Shown here in pieces: positions 25,428 through 39,504 of a stretch of 64,000 nucleotides of DNA. The stretch comes from Chiloscyllium plagiosum. Taxonomy: Eukaryota. Below the pieces are notes generated by a model. The model did not search any database and had not been told where the DNA came from. It saw only the letters and a program-made list of their open reading frames with translations. Made by a program: the position numbers and the translations under genes. The stretch is taken from positions 1,557,069-1,621,068 of the forward strand of contig NC_057759.1 of NCBI RefSeq assembly GCF_004010195.1. Direction: 5' to 3'. Within the stretch, counting starts at the first letter, position 1; every line of letters begins with the position of its first letter.

Positions 25428-26062
25428 TGTTAAAGTACAGATTTGAGATGGCCCAGAGAATCCCTTGTGGACTCAGACCTATAAGCCTCTCTTGGTTCAT
25501 CATGGAGATCGTACTCCTTCGTAGTCTGGAATGAAAACCTCTAACAAACAGTTTAGTTTAATTTTAGCCTTCCCCTTTATTTACCAATAGCATCAGTGTT
25601 ACAATGTAACATTGACACCTAAGTGCCGGGCTAGCTAAGGTTCTAAAACCTTAGAAGAGTAGGATACTGGATCTTCCTTTAAGAGCCCTCGCAGGCTACC
25701 CCACTCTTCTGTCTCAAACAGGCTTCCTTTTTAGAAAATTTCACAAAAACACTGCATGTTTGTAATTAGACAGAGTGGAAAGGCAATAATTCATAAGGAA
25801 GAACAGTTAATTAACAGGTCTGTGTGCGCTTAACTGATCACTCCTGTAGGCCCTTAGCCATCCATCAAGTGAGAAAAACAGCTCCAGCTGAGTCAGGTTC
25901 CTGTTGGTGAGGTAAGTCCCTATCATAAAGAGGTACCAGTCTAAACTAAGTGTAAGAGGTCATAAGGTAACCTTGAGCAGTTTGCATGTCAGATATCACT
26001 GTTTTACAAAATGGCTTTTTAGCGAGCAGGGCAAGCTTTGACCATAAAATGGCTTCCTAACA
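25428..26062 (-). mobile_element. Solo LTR-like element, 635 bp
   Basis: TGTTA...TAACA termini; minus-strand AATAAA at 25581-25576; abuts a cut CR1 3' UTR; no TSD. Confidence 0.6.
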
Positions 26063-27439
26063 GATTGTGTCAGAACCTCTTCAATATTGGGTTTAGAATA
26101 ATTTTTTTTTAAACTGGGAGCAGACTCCTGCTTTTTATCTTAACCACAGCATCATTGTGTATCTGGGGCTGAAATGTTACCACAAGGTTGAATTTTAAAT
26201 GATTCATTAGTCTCAAATTAAACATGGTTTCTTTTCAGGGTTGTGATTCAAATTCAAAGAAGACAGAGGATCTGATGAGTTAGAGTTGACAGTGGGGCAG
26301 TCATGGTCTGTAAGAACACGAAGTAAGTTAAAGCTTCATCAATGTTATATTTTACAGAGTTTGTATTTCATAATCAGCGATGGCTACTCAAAATCATCAT
26401 AAAGTCCAAAATGCAAATAAATTCAAAACATGCATGTCTCTCTCTCACACACATAAGGGTAATAAGAACCCATTATTATTGATAGGACCTGACTGTTTAT
26501 TACAAGGCTTTTGACATGCTTCTAAGATGATACAAAGTTTCTGAGATCTCAGTCAAACACTGTCATTAATTTCATAAGTTAACAACTGTGAATGTTATCA
26601 CTCTGTGTCCTTTTTACACAGATTCATTGATGTTAGGGCAAATGTTCTTAATTTCTTTTGAGCATCTTGTTATCACTTAGTGAGAACAGATGTTTTTATC
26701 TTCTGCACATCCTGGATTCCCCCTCTTGTGGCCTGATGCCTCCCTGCCTACCCTGTTTATTTTCTCCTGTGCAGCAAGTGTTCTATAATTCAACATTACA
26801 TTTAGACTAAATGTTTCAGGACAAGTTTTAAGGCTTTCTCATTATACCTACCCAGATGCCTTTTAAATGTTGTAATTGTACTAACCTCCACCACTTCTCC
26901 ATGCGCCTTATGATTGTATAAACTTCTATAAGGTCACTCTCCAGGGAAAACAGTTACAGCCTATTCAGCCTCTGCTTGTAGCTCAAATTCTCCAACCCGG
27001 ATGAAGCATGATTACATGGTGTTTGTGTGTGACTGAGAAGGACAGAATGAATCATTTGCTGATTAGTTGTCACATACAGAGATGACAATTAAATAATGTG
27101 AATTTCAAACAGACAATTATGCGCTACTCGCAATATGTCCTTTCTATAACCCACTGGCAATACCACTTGATAAATCTCTGCCCATTTCTGATCTACCTGA
27201 ATACGTGATGATCTTCATTTTCTCATTAAGACATCATTTTTAAGATAATAACATTCAGGGATACATTCGGATTTGTTATGTGTATGCTTTTTGATACAAT
27301 TGCTTTAAATTTTAATCTTTCTGCTGCAACTAAGTTAATATACCTGTGCTAACGAAGCCTGTTTTGTCATCTATCTGTTCCTAGTTTGTCTCAGCCATCT
27401 GATCAAACAGAGTCTCTGTTAATTTCCCATCAACTTTCT

Positions 27440-30400
27440 GATAGAGTCGGAGATGTACAGCATAGAAACAGACCCTTCGATCTAACCTGTCCATGCCGAC
27501 CAGATATCCCAACCCAATCTTGTCCCACCTGCCAGCACCCGGCCCATATCTCTCCAAACGCTTCCTATTCATACACCCATCAAAATGTCTCTTAAATGTT
27601 GCAATTGTACCAGCCTCCACCACTTCCTCCTGACAGCTCATTCCATGCACGTACCACCCTCTGCGTGAAAATGTTGCCACTTAGGTCTCTTTTATATCTT
27701 TTCCCTCTCATCCTAAACCTATGCCCTCTAGTTCTGGACTCCTGGATCCCAGGGAAAAGACCTATCCATGCACCTCATAATTTTGTAAACCTCTATAAGG
27801 TCACCCCTCAGCTTCCGACGTTCCAGGGAAAACAGCCCCAGCTTGTTCAGACTCTCCCTTTAGCTCAAATCCTCCAAACCTGGCAACATCCTTGTAAATC
27901 TTTTATGAACCCTTTCAGGTTTCACAACATCTTTCCGATATGAAGGAGACCAGAACTGCACACAATATTCCAACAGTGGCCTAACTGATGTCTTGTACAG
28001 CCGCAACATGACCACCCAACTCCTGTACTCAATTCTTTGACCAATAAAGGAAAGCATACCAAACGCCTTCTTCACTCTCCTATCTACCTGCGACTCCACT
28101 TTCAAGGAGCTATGAACCTGCACTCCAAGGTCTCTTTGTTCAGCAACACTCCCTAGGACCTTACCATTAAATCCTGCTAAGATTTGCTTTCCCAAAAATG
28201 CAGCATCTCGCATTTATCTGAATAAAATCCATCTGCCACTTCTCAGCCCATTGGCCCATCTGGTCCAGATCCTATTGTAATCTGAGGTAAGCCTCTTTGC
28301 TGTCTATTACACCGCCAATTTTGGTGTCACCTGCAAACTTACTAACTGTACCTCTTATGCTCACATCCAAATCATTATGTAAATGACAAAAAGTAGAGGA
28401 TCCAGCACCGATCCTTGTGGCACTTCACGGTCACAGGCCTTCAGTCTGGAAACAACTATCTACCACCACTCTCTGTCTTCTATCTTTGAGCCAGTTCTGT
28501 ATCCAAATGGCGAGTTCTCCCTGTGTTCCATGAGATCTAACCTTGCTAATCAGTCTCCCATGGCGAACCTTGTCGAATGCCTTACTGAAGTCCATATAGA
28601 TCACATCTACTGCTCTGCCCTCATAAATCCTCTTTGTTACTTCCTCAAAAAACTCAATTAAGTTTGTGAGACATGATTTCCCACGCACAAAGCCATGTTG
28701 ACTACCCCTCACCAGTCCTTGCCTTTCTAAATGCATGTACATCCTGTCCCTCAGGATTCTCTCCAACAACTTGCCCACCACGGAGTTCAGGCTCACCGGT
28801 CTATAATTCCTTGTCTTGTCTTTACCGCCCTTGTTAAAAATGGCACCACGTTTGCCAACCTCCAGTCTTCCGGCACCTCACCTTTGACTATTGATGGTAC
28901 AAATATCTCAGCAAGAGGCCCAGCAATCACATCTCTAGCTTCCCAGAGATTTCTCGTGTACACCTGATCAGGTCCTGGGGATTTATCCACCTTTTCAAGG
29001 CATCCAGAATTTCCTCCTCTGTAATCTGCACATTTTGCAAGATGTCATCATCTATTTCCCTACAGTCTATATTTAGATTTAGATTAGATTACAGTGTGGA
29101 AACAGGCCCTTCAGCTCAACAAGTCCACACCAACCTGCCGAAGCGAAACCCACCCATACCCCTACATTTACCCCTTACCTAACACTACAGGCAATTTAGT
29201 ATGGCCAATTCACCTGACCCTGCACATCTTTGGATGGTGGGAGGAAACCGGAGCACCCGGAGGAAACCCACGCACCTTTTGTCCTTAATATATTTGTAAA
29301 AACCCTTTGGATTTTCCTTAATTCTATTTGCCAAAGCTATCTCATGTCCCCGTTTTGCCCTTCTGATTTCCCTCTTTAGTATACTCCTACTTCCTTTTTA
29401 CTCTTCTAAGCATTCGCTTGATCTATCCTGACATGTGCTTCCTTCTTTTCCTTAACCAAATCCTCAATTTCTTTAGTCATCCAGCATTCCTTATACCGAC
29501 TAGCCTTTCCTTTCACCTTGACAGGAATATACTTTCTCTGGATTCTTGTTATCTCATTTCTGAAGGCTTCCCATTTTCCAGCCGACTCTTTACCTGCGAA
29601 CATCTGCCTCCAATCAGCTTTGAAAAGTTCTTGCCTAATACCATCTAAATTGGCCTTTCTCCAGTTTGGAACTTCAACTTTTAGATCTTTTCCATCACGA
29701 TTCTAAAACAAATAGAATTATGGTCGCTGGCGCCAAAGTGTGCCCCACCCCTCACCCCGACCCCGTCACCTCCGTCCCCTGCCCCTCCTTATTTCCCTAG
29801 AGTAGGTCAAGCTTTGCACCTTCTCTCGTAGGTACATCTATATACTGAATCAGAAAATTGTCTTGCACGCATTTAAGAATTTCCTCTCCATCTAAACCCT
29901 TAATACTATAGCAATCCCAGTTGATGTTTAGAAAGTTAAAATCCCCTATCATAACTACGCTATTATTCTTACAGATAGCGGAGATCTTCCTACAAGTTTG
30001 TTTTGCTATTTCCCTCTTGCTATTAGGGGGTCTATAATACAATCCCAATAAGATGATCATCCCTTTCTTATTTCTCAGTTCCACCCAAATAACTTCCCTG
30101 GATGTATTTCAGGGAATATTCTCCCTTAGCACAGCTTTAATGCTATCCCTTATCAAAAACGCCACTCCCCCTCCTCTCTTGCCTCCCTTTCTATCCTTCT
30201 TGTAGTATTTGTATCCTGGAACATTAAACTGCCAGGCCTGCCCATCCCTGAGCCATGTTTCTGTAATTGCTTTGATATCCCAGTCCCATGTTCCAAACCA
30301 TGCCCTGAGTTTATCTGCCTTCTCTGTTAGGCCCTGCGCATTGAAATAAATGCAGTTTAATTTATTATTCCGGCTGCCCTGACACACTTCTGTTCTCAAG

Positions 30401-30445
30401 TGTACAAGTCTCAGATTGATCTATTTCCTCCCTATCTCCCTGGGT
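27440..30445 (-). mobile_element. CR1 LINE ORF2 region plus 3' UTR, decayed
   Basis: LNCIYFNA...ITETWL (APE), GLYYRPP...GDFN, QHGF...SCLTNLIEFF...DFSKAFDKV (RT). Confidence 0.92.
29072..29275 (-). mobile_element. 5'-truncated HE1-type SINE within CR1
   Basis: Near-identical to the 3' part of the 3308-3617 copy. Confidence 0.85.
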
Positions 30446-30454
30446 TCCACCGCC

Positions 30455-32690
30455 CCACCCACCCACCCCCACACCTGTACTCTTTGATCTTTCCTGTTTC
30501 AACTGATGACTTTGTGATCTTGTTACCATACAGTCAGGAAATATCCCAGGATATGTGTTCAGTTCAGTTACCTGAATTTCCATTGGCTTTTCAACCACAG
30601 TTGGCAGCACTCAACCGGTGAATTAGCAACATCATTAGCAAGGACAAATTGTATTCCTGGAGCTGAAAGTTTGTTCAGTACTCCTACTATGACTTCTCCC
30701 CTCTTCACTAGATACTCTAACCTCATGTCTTACAATTGAGCATTTCTTATTTCAATGTGAATTCTTGATACTTGTACCTTTTCTGGCAATAGTCCTTTAG
30801 AGGTACATATATCTTCATATTTTAGCACCACAGATTGAGAGGATCCTTATATCTCTGAATATTGCTACCTCTTTACCTCTTGCTCCTGGCCTATGCGAGT
30901 AAACTTTACCTTCACGGTGTATGGTTTAAGAAGATCTGGCACTTCCTCCATAAATAACCTCCAACCAGCTTGTACATCTGAGGCAGCTTTCTAGTCTCCA
31001 CAGTGCTCTCTGTTACCACTCCAACAAAATTCACTGGATTATCCAGTTTTCCTACAACTTGCTCATCAGTGCTTTTCCAAACCCATCAACACCGATTCCA
31101 TGTGGCCTACTTTACTGCAGTGAGAGCATCAGAGCTTCTTCACTTTTCTTTCCCTTTCAAGGGTGTCCTTTTTACCTTGTGGTAAATTATTCTTAAGATC
31201 TTCACCGAGATCTACTTTTCCCTTTCCACGTGAGAATTTCTCTTCTCCACAATTATTATCCCTCATGGATTGAAATTGATTTTGGCAGCCCAATTTTGAC
31301 TTATTGATCAACTCAATCATCAGCCATTTCCGATGCCAGTCTTGCTGTTTTAACTCTCTGCTCTTCCACATGAGTTATCATTATATCAGTCAATGAATTT
31401 TTGAACTCCTGTCTAAGTGCCAATTTCCAAAGTTCAAACTCCCTCTTTATTCCTTTCCTCTCTCTCCTTTTCTCTCTCTTCTCCCTCTCTTCTGTTTTTA
31501 ATCATAATTCAAACTGTTTTGTTTCTGTTGCCCTTTCCTTGACTTTTGTCTCTAACTCGAATTGCTTCATTTTCAACTGAACGTTAGCCATTTCTAATTA
31601 TTCTGATGGCATTTCCAACAAATTTAAATGTTGAGCTATTGCTGTAATTATCGCCCTTTTCCTCATGGAAGAAGGCAGTTGAGCTCCAGCATGTCTGCTA
31701 ATTCCAGCAACTTCGCCTTAACCACTTTTTGCAAAAATCTGAAGTCACTTCTTCCACCCCCCAAAAAACTCTTGATGACTCAAAGAGCCATTGCTATCCC
31801 AAGCACTGTTTCTTGATGAAGGGCTGATGCCCAAAACATTGATTCTCCTACTCCTCAGATGCTACCTGACCTGCTGTGCTTTTCCAGTAACACATTCTCG
31901 TCTCTGATCTCCAGCAGCTGCCATCATCACTTTATCCAAGTGCTGTTTAAACCAATGAATTCAACACCCGGAACACAAAACGCTAAGACTTACCACTCCC
32001 TGCCTTTGAGTCCAACAAACCAAATCCCAAATCAGAACTACAAAATAAATTCTGCAAACAGCCCCCAATCTGTTATGGAAAAGGCCAGATCCCCTCCAAA
32101 CATTTCAAGAAAGTAACACAGACCCTAACTTTGCTAATTGTTTTAAGTGAGTGTAAAAAAGATATTCTAAGAGGGGTGCAGCTGGTCAAACCATGTAGTT
32201 TTAAACGGTTTGATTTACAAAATTATCGAATGATACACAAACAAAAGAGAACAAAAGACTAAATAACTTAAAAATCCGAAAAAGCAACAGATTTTACCAA
32301 CTTAATGATGTTTCCAACATTTACAACTATCCCCATAAATGCCCCTTGGCACAAAAGGTAAAATCAAAAACACGGTCTTACGGGAGAAATATCAGAGAGA
32401 GGAGTAACATCATGGACCTGCTTCTTTGGGTTCAGCAGCTGTTCCAACTGCCAGACTGCTTTCAGTCAATAGCCAGACAGCCAAAAACCAAATCAAACCA
32501 GAGAAAAGCTGAGCTGGGAAAACTGGGTCACTCCCCTTTCATTGTACAAGTGTTCTTCTTAAAAATGTGGAAGCCTTTTGTCTGAGGCATTATCTGTTAG
32601 CTATAATCAAAATGGCCCTAAAACCCATCAACTCAGCCTTTTCAGAGCCTGTGTCTTTTACAGACTTGTTAAAGGAGCAACAGCATTACA
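30455..32690 (-). mobile_element. Gypsy-type LTR retrotransposon remnant: 5' LTR 32071-32690, PBS and decayed gag/protease
   Basis: LTR TGTAA...TAACA followed by TTGGGGGCT (tRNA-Pro-like PBS); zinc-knuckle remnant CSHCSKVGH near 31100-31130; PGIFPDCMVTRSQ linker. Confidence 0.75.
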
Positions 32691-32714
32691 GCAGACTGCT
32701 CCAAGAAGTAATAC

Positions 32715-34070
32715 CCTGAGGGATACAGGATAATGTGTTGAATTGGATCCCAAGTTGGCTCAGTCACAGGAAAGAAAGGATAATGGTCAATGGTGGCCTT
32801 TGTGAATGGAAAGCTGTTACAAGTCGTGCTCTGTATGACTCAGTGTTGGGCCCTCTGCTGGTCGTTTTATACATTAATGATTTGGAGTTGAATATGATGG
32901 GCAAATTTGTGAAATTTACAAACGACAGAAAAATTGGCCATGTCGTGGATAGTTGAGGATAGCTATAAACTCCTAAACTATATAGATGGTTTGGTGGAGT
33001 CGGCAGGAAAGTGGCAGATGGAGTTCAGCTCTGAAAAGTGTAAGGCCATGGACTTTGGGAAGTCAGACAGTAAATAGGAAAAGCAAATAAATGGGGATAT
33101 ACTGAGAGGGGCAGGTGAAGTGAGTGTGTAAATAAACAGGTCCCTAAAGATAGATGGGGTTGGAAAGAAGGCACATGGAATGCTCTCCCTCATTGGCAGA
33201 GGGTTGAATACAAAAATAGGGAAATAACAATGAAACTGTATGAGGCACTGTTGGCTACAATAGGACATTGTGTGCAATCGGGTCACCACATTACAGGAAG
33301 GACAGAGTGCAGAGGAGAATTACTAGAGTGTTGCCAGAATTGCCAGAATTGTTGTCAGGAGAGATTGGAGTTGTATTCCTTGGAACAAAGGTACCACAAC
33401 TAAGGAATACAGGGCGACCCTGTATTGCGAGTCCGGTTATAGCGGTTTACCGTGGTCCGAGTATATAAAAGGGAATGTTCCAGAACCACGGACAAGGAGG
33501 CTGCCGGGAAGACATTTCCCGTTTAAATTAATGATTTTGCATCTATCTGCGGTTTTGCGTTTCCGCTGTCGGTCCTGGAATATATCCCCCACGGGTACAG
33601 GGGTCTACAGTCCTAAATAGTGATGAAGGACGAGCACTCTGAAAGCGTGCACTTCCAAATAAACCTGTTGAATCATAACTTGATGTTGCGTGATTTTTAA
33701 CTAACTCGTGAGAGGGAGACATTAGACAGGAGGAACCTGTTTACTTTGACGGAGAGTTCAAAAACCAGCGATCACTGATTCAAGCTCAGTGGTTGGAGGA
33801 TTAGATGATATGTGGAAAAATGTTTTTTTTAATGTAGAGAGCGGTGGATGTCTGTAATCCGCTGCATGATTTAATGGTGCAGGCAGAGACCTTACGTTTG
33901 TTTTAAACAAAAATTCCCTGGAACTGTACCAAGTGTTGTAAACTGCAAGGTTACGGGCTGTGGCAGGAAGTTGGGATGAGAGAGGGCACCTGTGGCATTG
34001 GCATTGACAAAATGGGCTGAATGTCGCCCCCCTGCCCCACTGATGCTGTATTATTTTTACGGTTCTCTAG
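32715..34070 (+). mobile_element. Old CR1 3' fragment with nested MITE and PLE arm
   Basis: WIPSWLSHRKERI...SVLGPLL...INDL. Confidence 0.75.
33410..33610. mobile_element. Tc1/mariner (Tigger-like) MITE
   Basis: TA|CAGGGCGACCCTGTAT ... TACAGGGGTCTACAG imperfect TIRs; right TA not preserved. Confidence 0.55.
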
Positions 34071-34481
34071 TTATCAATGAGACCATACCAGTCCCTGCTG
34101 TGTGAATATGTAAATATATTTACCATATACCGATAGTTACAGTTTGATAAATACACCCACACATTCACTAAGCAGGAACTGACAGGTATAGATCAATAAC
34201 TAAACTCACATATCCACATACCCACTTGCATCAGGTGGCCACATTCATGGAGCTGTATGGGTGTTGTTTTGTTTTGGAATCTCACTCAACTGGTATTAGA
34301 ATTTAAAGAAATAAATGGACAAGGAGCAGCTCAGAGCAGGATTGCAATCCGACCTGTGGTTCTGTTTAAATTGCTGGCTTTAAACAATAAACATTAATGA
34401 TCATTAACTGGATGTTACATTGATATTGCCAATCACAACTAATGTTGATTTATAGGAGATATCTCTTCTGTCTTCCTCCAG

Positions 34482-34563
34482 GGAAGCACTCAAAGGACCA
34501 AGACAATGTAATATTCCCTCGGTACCGAGCCAAGTGTGACCAGCTGCTTCGAACAAACAGCCG
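34482..34563 (+). other. 82-nt exon-like module, copy 3
   Basis: tctcttctgtcttcctccag|...CG|gtgtgt; reads KHSKDQDNVIFPRYRAKCDQLLRTNS. Confidence 0.5.
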
Positions 34564-34789
34564 GTGTGTTGCTGCTGTCAGAGCAAAAATCATCCTTTCC
34601 ACAGTCACAGAGTGAAGTGAGTCAGACTCACATTGAGTCCCATTTCCAGAGAGATATGTTCAAACCAAGAGTCAAACACCACTAAGGAAATAAACTTTAC
34701 ATTTTTTAACTATATTCTCAATGAATGCTACCCAGTTCCAATCAATTTGAATGAATCCTCATCCGAAATGTACACTGCATTAAAATCTG

Positions 34790-35880
34790 AACTTGGACTG
34801 GTACAGCACAGGAAAGGGTCCTTCAGCCCACTATGTGCTGAATGAAATTTAATCCCTTCTGCCTGCCCATGGTCCATATTCCTCCATTTCTTGCACGTTA
34901 ATTTGTTTAGTTTAAAGTCCCTTCAATACCTTTATCGTATCTGCCTCCATCACCACTCCTGGCAGCGCGTTCCACTCCTATGTTAAAAGAATCTGCATCT
35001 TCTTTCTCCTTTGAACTTTCCCTGTCTCACTTTGTATGCATGCCCCTTAGTTTTACATATTTCAACTCTTGGAAAAAGATTCTGACCATCAACCTTAAGC
35101 ATGCATCTCATAATTTTATAGACTTCTGGATATAGGTTTGCTCACTGAGATGGAAAGTTTGCTTTGAAACGTTTTGTAGGTAACATCATCAGTGAGCCTC
35201 CGGATGAAGCACTGTGGTATGGCCCATTTTCTGTTTATATGTTTAGGTTTCCTTGGGTTGGTGATGTCATTTCCTGTGGTGATGTCATTTCCTGTGGTGA
35301 TGTCATTTAGTGTCCATTTTCTCTGAGGGTTGTAAATGGGATTCAAGTCAATCTGTTTATTGATGGAGTTCTGGTTGGAGTTCTATTGCATGTCTCTGTT
35401 TGACTTGCCCTAGGATGTTGTCCAAGTCGAAGTGGTGTCCTTCCTCATCTGTATGTAAGGATACTAGTAAGAGTGGGTCATGTCTTTTTGTGGCTAGTTG
35501 ATGTTCATGTATTCCGGTGGCTAGTTTTCTGCCTGTTTGTCCAATGTAGTGGACACATAAATAAAAAGCGGGCCATACCACCTGTGCCTCATCCGGAGGC
35601 TCACTGATACTGTTGCCTAGTATGGTGACAAAACATCTGAAAAAGAACCTTCCAGCTTAACGAGAAAAACCTCGATCCAGAATCTCAATCTGAGCTACAA
35701 CTCTTCTCAAAATTCTACAGACTTCCATTAAATCTGCCTTCAGTCTCTGCTACTCAGAAGAAAACTATTTGGGTTTTTCTAGCTTCTCTTTATAGCTCAT
35801 ACCCGCGAGAGAACATTCTGACAAATCTCTTCTGCACCCTCTCTAAATCCTCCACATCCTTCCTGTAATGTGCCAACCAA
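34790..35880 (-). mobile_element. CR1 3' fragment hosting a PLE insertion
   Basis: HYRKDVEDLERVQKRF and 3' UTR. Confidence 0.7.
35127..35710 (-). mobile_element. Penelope-like element remnant with GIY-YIG fragment and inverted partial terminal repeats
   Basis: HYIGQTGRKLATGIHEHQLATKRHD; 35127-35225 is inverted relative to 35570-35680; TSD-like 35112-35126/35711-35725. Confidence 0.85.
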
Positions 35881-35883
35881 ATT

Positions 35884-36655
35884 GAAAAATCACGCAACAT
35901 CAGATTATAGTCCAGCAGGTTCATTTGGAAGTACCAGCTTTCAGACCACTGCTCCTTCATCATGTAGCTGTGAAACAGGATCATGCGACACAGAATCTAC
36001 TGCAAAAGATTATAGTGTCATGCAACTGAAATGATATTTTGAAGAAACCTCGATTGCTGTTCAATGTTTCATCTTTTAGAATGGGTTTCAGGTTTCAGTT
36101 CATTAATACATACATCCCAGAACTTCTTTTAAATCACATTCACAAGATGACTTCAGATTTTATTTAAAAAAAGGGTAACATCTCAGCTCAGACAAGGTAT
36201 TAAAGGTGTGAGGTTAGAGTCTGTCTGTATCTCAATCTTGAGTCAGACTGGTTCTATAGCCAAAGTAGGAATTTATAAAATATTACATGGATTGACTGCC
36301 TGTAAATTGTGCTCTTTTGGAGCAAAATAGAATGTATCTGCAAACATAATTCTGTAAATGCAAATTCTCCCCAGAGACTTGTATATGTGTGTGTGTTTGT
36401 GTGTATGAGAGAGAGAGACACAGAGAGCATTTGAGTGTGAGTAGACATGCGAATGTGTGTGTGTATGCTTGATAAAGTGTGTGTATGAGTGTGGTAGAAT
36501 AAAAGCCTGTGAGAGGGTGTGAGTGTGGGGGTGCATTTATGTATGTATGAGGGAAAACATATGGATGAGAGAGGGTCTATGTGTGTGTGTGTGTATGTGT
36601 GTGCGTGAGAGAGAGAGAGTGAGTGAGTGAGAGTGTGTGTAGTGTGACAGGAACC
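35884..36655 (-). mobile_element. PLE 3' region and terminal repeat with TG-rich tract (family A)
   Basis: Reverse-complement homolog of 5455-6109. Confidence 0.75.
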
Positions 36656-39504
36656 CAAGGTCCCTTTTGAGGTTATCTTCACAGGTTCTGAACTTTAGTC
36701 AGGATACTTTTAACGTGACAATCGAGGTGAACAAGAATACGAAGCTGTTAGTTTGTATTTATATGTGAGGTAGATAGTGAGCACATTGAAGGAAACATTT
36801 CAACTATCAGTAACTGAGAAGGACAGACTTAATCTTTTGTCACAATACTGTAAGTATGGCCCAAGGAAAGTCAACCAATAAGGCAAGCATGCTATACGCC
36901 ACCTTCTAGATACCACCCAATCTACTTGCATGGCCACTTTCAGGGAACTATAGACTTGAATCCAAGATCCTTCTGTACGTCAATGTTGTTCAGAGTCCAG
37001 CCATTTACTGTATACCTTTCCTTAACATTTGATCTCCCAAAGTCCAGCCTCTTACACCTTGCCAGATTAAACTCAATGTAATTTCTCCACCCATATCTGC
37101 AAGTATTCTATATCCTACTGCATTCTTTGACAAACTTCTACACTACCCACAAGTCCACCAATCTTTATATTGTGTACTTTTAGTAACGATAATTTTAATG
37201 TTACAATCAAGGTGAACAAATAACTGATATGATTACTTTGAACAGCCATATGTAAAGTAGATATTCAGTACAAATTGAATTGAAGGATACATTTCAGTTA
37301 TCAGTAACTGTGAAGAAAAATTAATCTTTTGTCATATACATAGACACAGCAATCAAATAATATGAATTCCAAATGCACAATCTGTGTCAAAGCCTTACAT
37401 AGAATGATTAATGTGTAGGTACGTAACCGAATGTTTTCCCCCAACCCCCTCCCCAACACACACACCACACACACATGCACAAACACACACTGTCTGTGTC
37501 GCCCTCTCTCTCTCACACTCTCTCTCTCTGACTTGCGATGAGTTTCAAAAACATACACTATCCTGACACACAGTACAATATCTAACAGCAATGCAGTTCA
37601 ATTGACATTGCAAGTAACACAGAATGTTACGTTCAAAATTATTTCTACCCACAGATCCTTTGTCAGAGAGGCCTATAATACAGAATCAGGCCCTTTGAAA
37701 CTTTTGAGTCTTCACTGATCAGAAACAACCAGCTAACAATTGCATAAATGGATCATGGAAGCAGAGGAGCTTATCATCCCCATCTTTCTCACAACATCAT
37801 TCTGCATTTCTTCATATTGCAGTAGAAGACTTTGTTTTGTCTGTTTCAGTCCATTCAGAAAGTTTTTTTTTAGATAATTATGTACTTTTTTTCAAAATTG
37901 TTGCAATTTTCTGCAAAGAGTTCTGCATCCCCCCCCCCCCCCCCACGTCCCGGGGGATGTCTCAATGAAAAAGCATGAAATCTGGCTGCAATTTTCATAA
38001 TGCATCAATGGAATCTAATAACCACCCTTCAAAGCACATGGAGAATTGCACATTTTATTTTCAAGCAGATTTGAACAGTGTTGACTATTCCATGAATTGA
38101 ATTTGACAGTTTACATATTCTGCATTGCATGACAAAAAACAAAACAAGTCCTTTTCCTTTCCTCCTCCCTACTATAGAGCAACATAGGACTACTGCTAAT
38201 GGTGCATCATCACACTACAGAGCAGGGTAAAGTTCTGTTTACATCAGAAAATAGAAGTGAATTAGCCAATTGTCTTTTTCGTACAAGGTCAGTCAGCTGC
38301 AATGCAGTTGAATTGTTTGTCACTTAGTTGCAAATGGATTCAGTTTACACTGATGGTTATTTCACCAGTATTCATAAAAGAACATCACTATGCACTGAAA
38401 CAAAAACTGTTGGCTTTCTGGAGACCAACATTTTATATCATTACCCTCTATTAGATTCCACACTATAAAGATGCAAAAGGTCCCTTGTGTTTCCTACATT
38501 GACTCTGAAAGGCAGCACAGAATCGCTTCTGTTGCAGTGTGTTACGTTTTCACTTGCACTTGATTCCTACCGGTACTAACCATTAAAGAACTTCGACTGT
38601 TTCCCATTCGCTACAGGAGACATGAACGGAGAAACCGAGTGGCAGCACAAGAGCAAACTCACTCTCACTCAGCCACTGGATGCTGAAAGGTAAAGAATAA
38701 AATTTCGCCTCAATTATTTCCAGATATGAATTGACTCTCAACATCACTTATCACAGCTGAGGATATACATTGCCCAGCAGCGCCTGATAAAGTCTACTAT
38801 ACAGCTGCGCACACAATGTAAAAATAAACAGACTGAAATGCAATACAATTAACCATGATTGAAAAGAGTTTATTTATAGAGTTTGTGCTACATTCAGACA
38901 AAACCACAACTGAACATAGGTGAATGAGATCCAGTAAATCTCCAATGACCCCTTCCTTCCTTAAATAAATTGCCCATAACTGTGATCTGACCAACCAAGG
39001 ACGACAGTTATTAAAAGTCAGCTGTCTAAAGAACTGATGTCACATTGACCTTTCTATGTAGACACTGACAATGAGTGGATGAAGTTCACGTTCCCAACTA
39101 TTACTGCAGAACTGATGCATAAGAGAATGTCCCAGTACAGGCACAATGGGCTGAATGGTCTGCTTTTGTGCTGTACTATGTCAGTGATTCTGATTATGGT
39201 TATAAAGGAGATGACATGCTATTGTGTTGCATATTGGTATAAAAAATGCCACTCACATATTGACATATGCATTCACATATTAATATCGACATTCTCAAAT
39301 CACAGCTGGGACAGACCAGGAAATACACTCACACATTTACATAGGAAACGGACAAATACAGGTCAACATTGACAGTCTCAATTCACAGAGCAGGAACAGA
39401 CTGGTAAATACAATCACATATTCACTTCGGGGAAACGGACAGGTAGAATTGATATTTACATGCACATAAAGAAACTGACACTTACACATTGATAACTACA
39501 TTAA

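Noticed and set aside
36254..36682. His/Thr-rich ORFs (also 5357-5657, 50710-51127)
   Set aside because: Translations of CA/TG microsatellite-like tracts.
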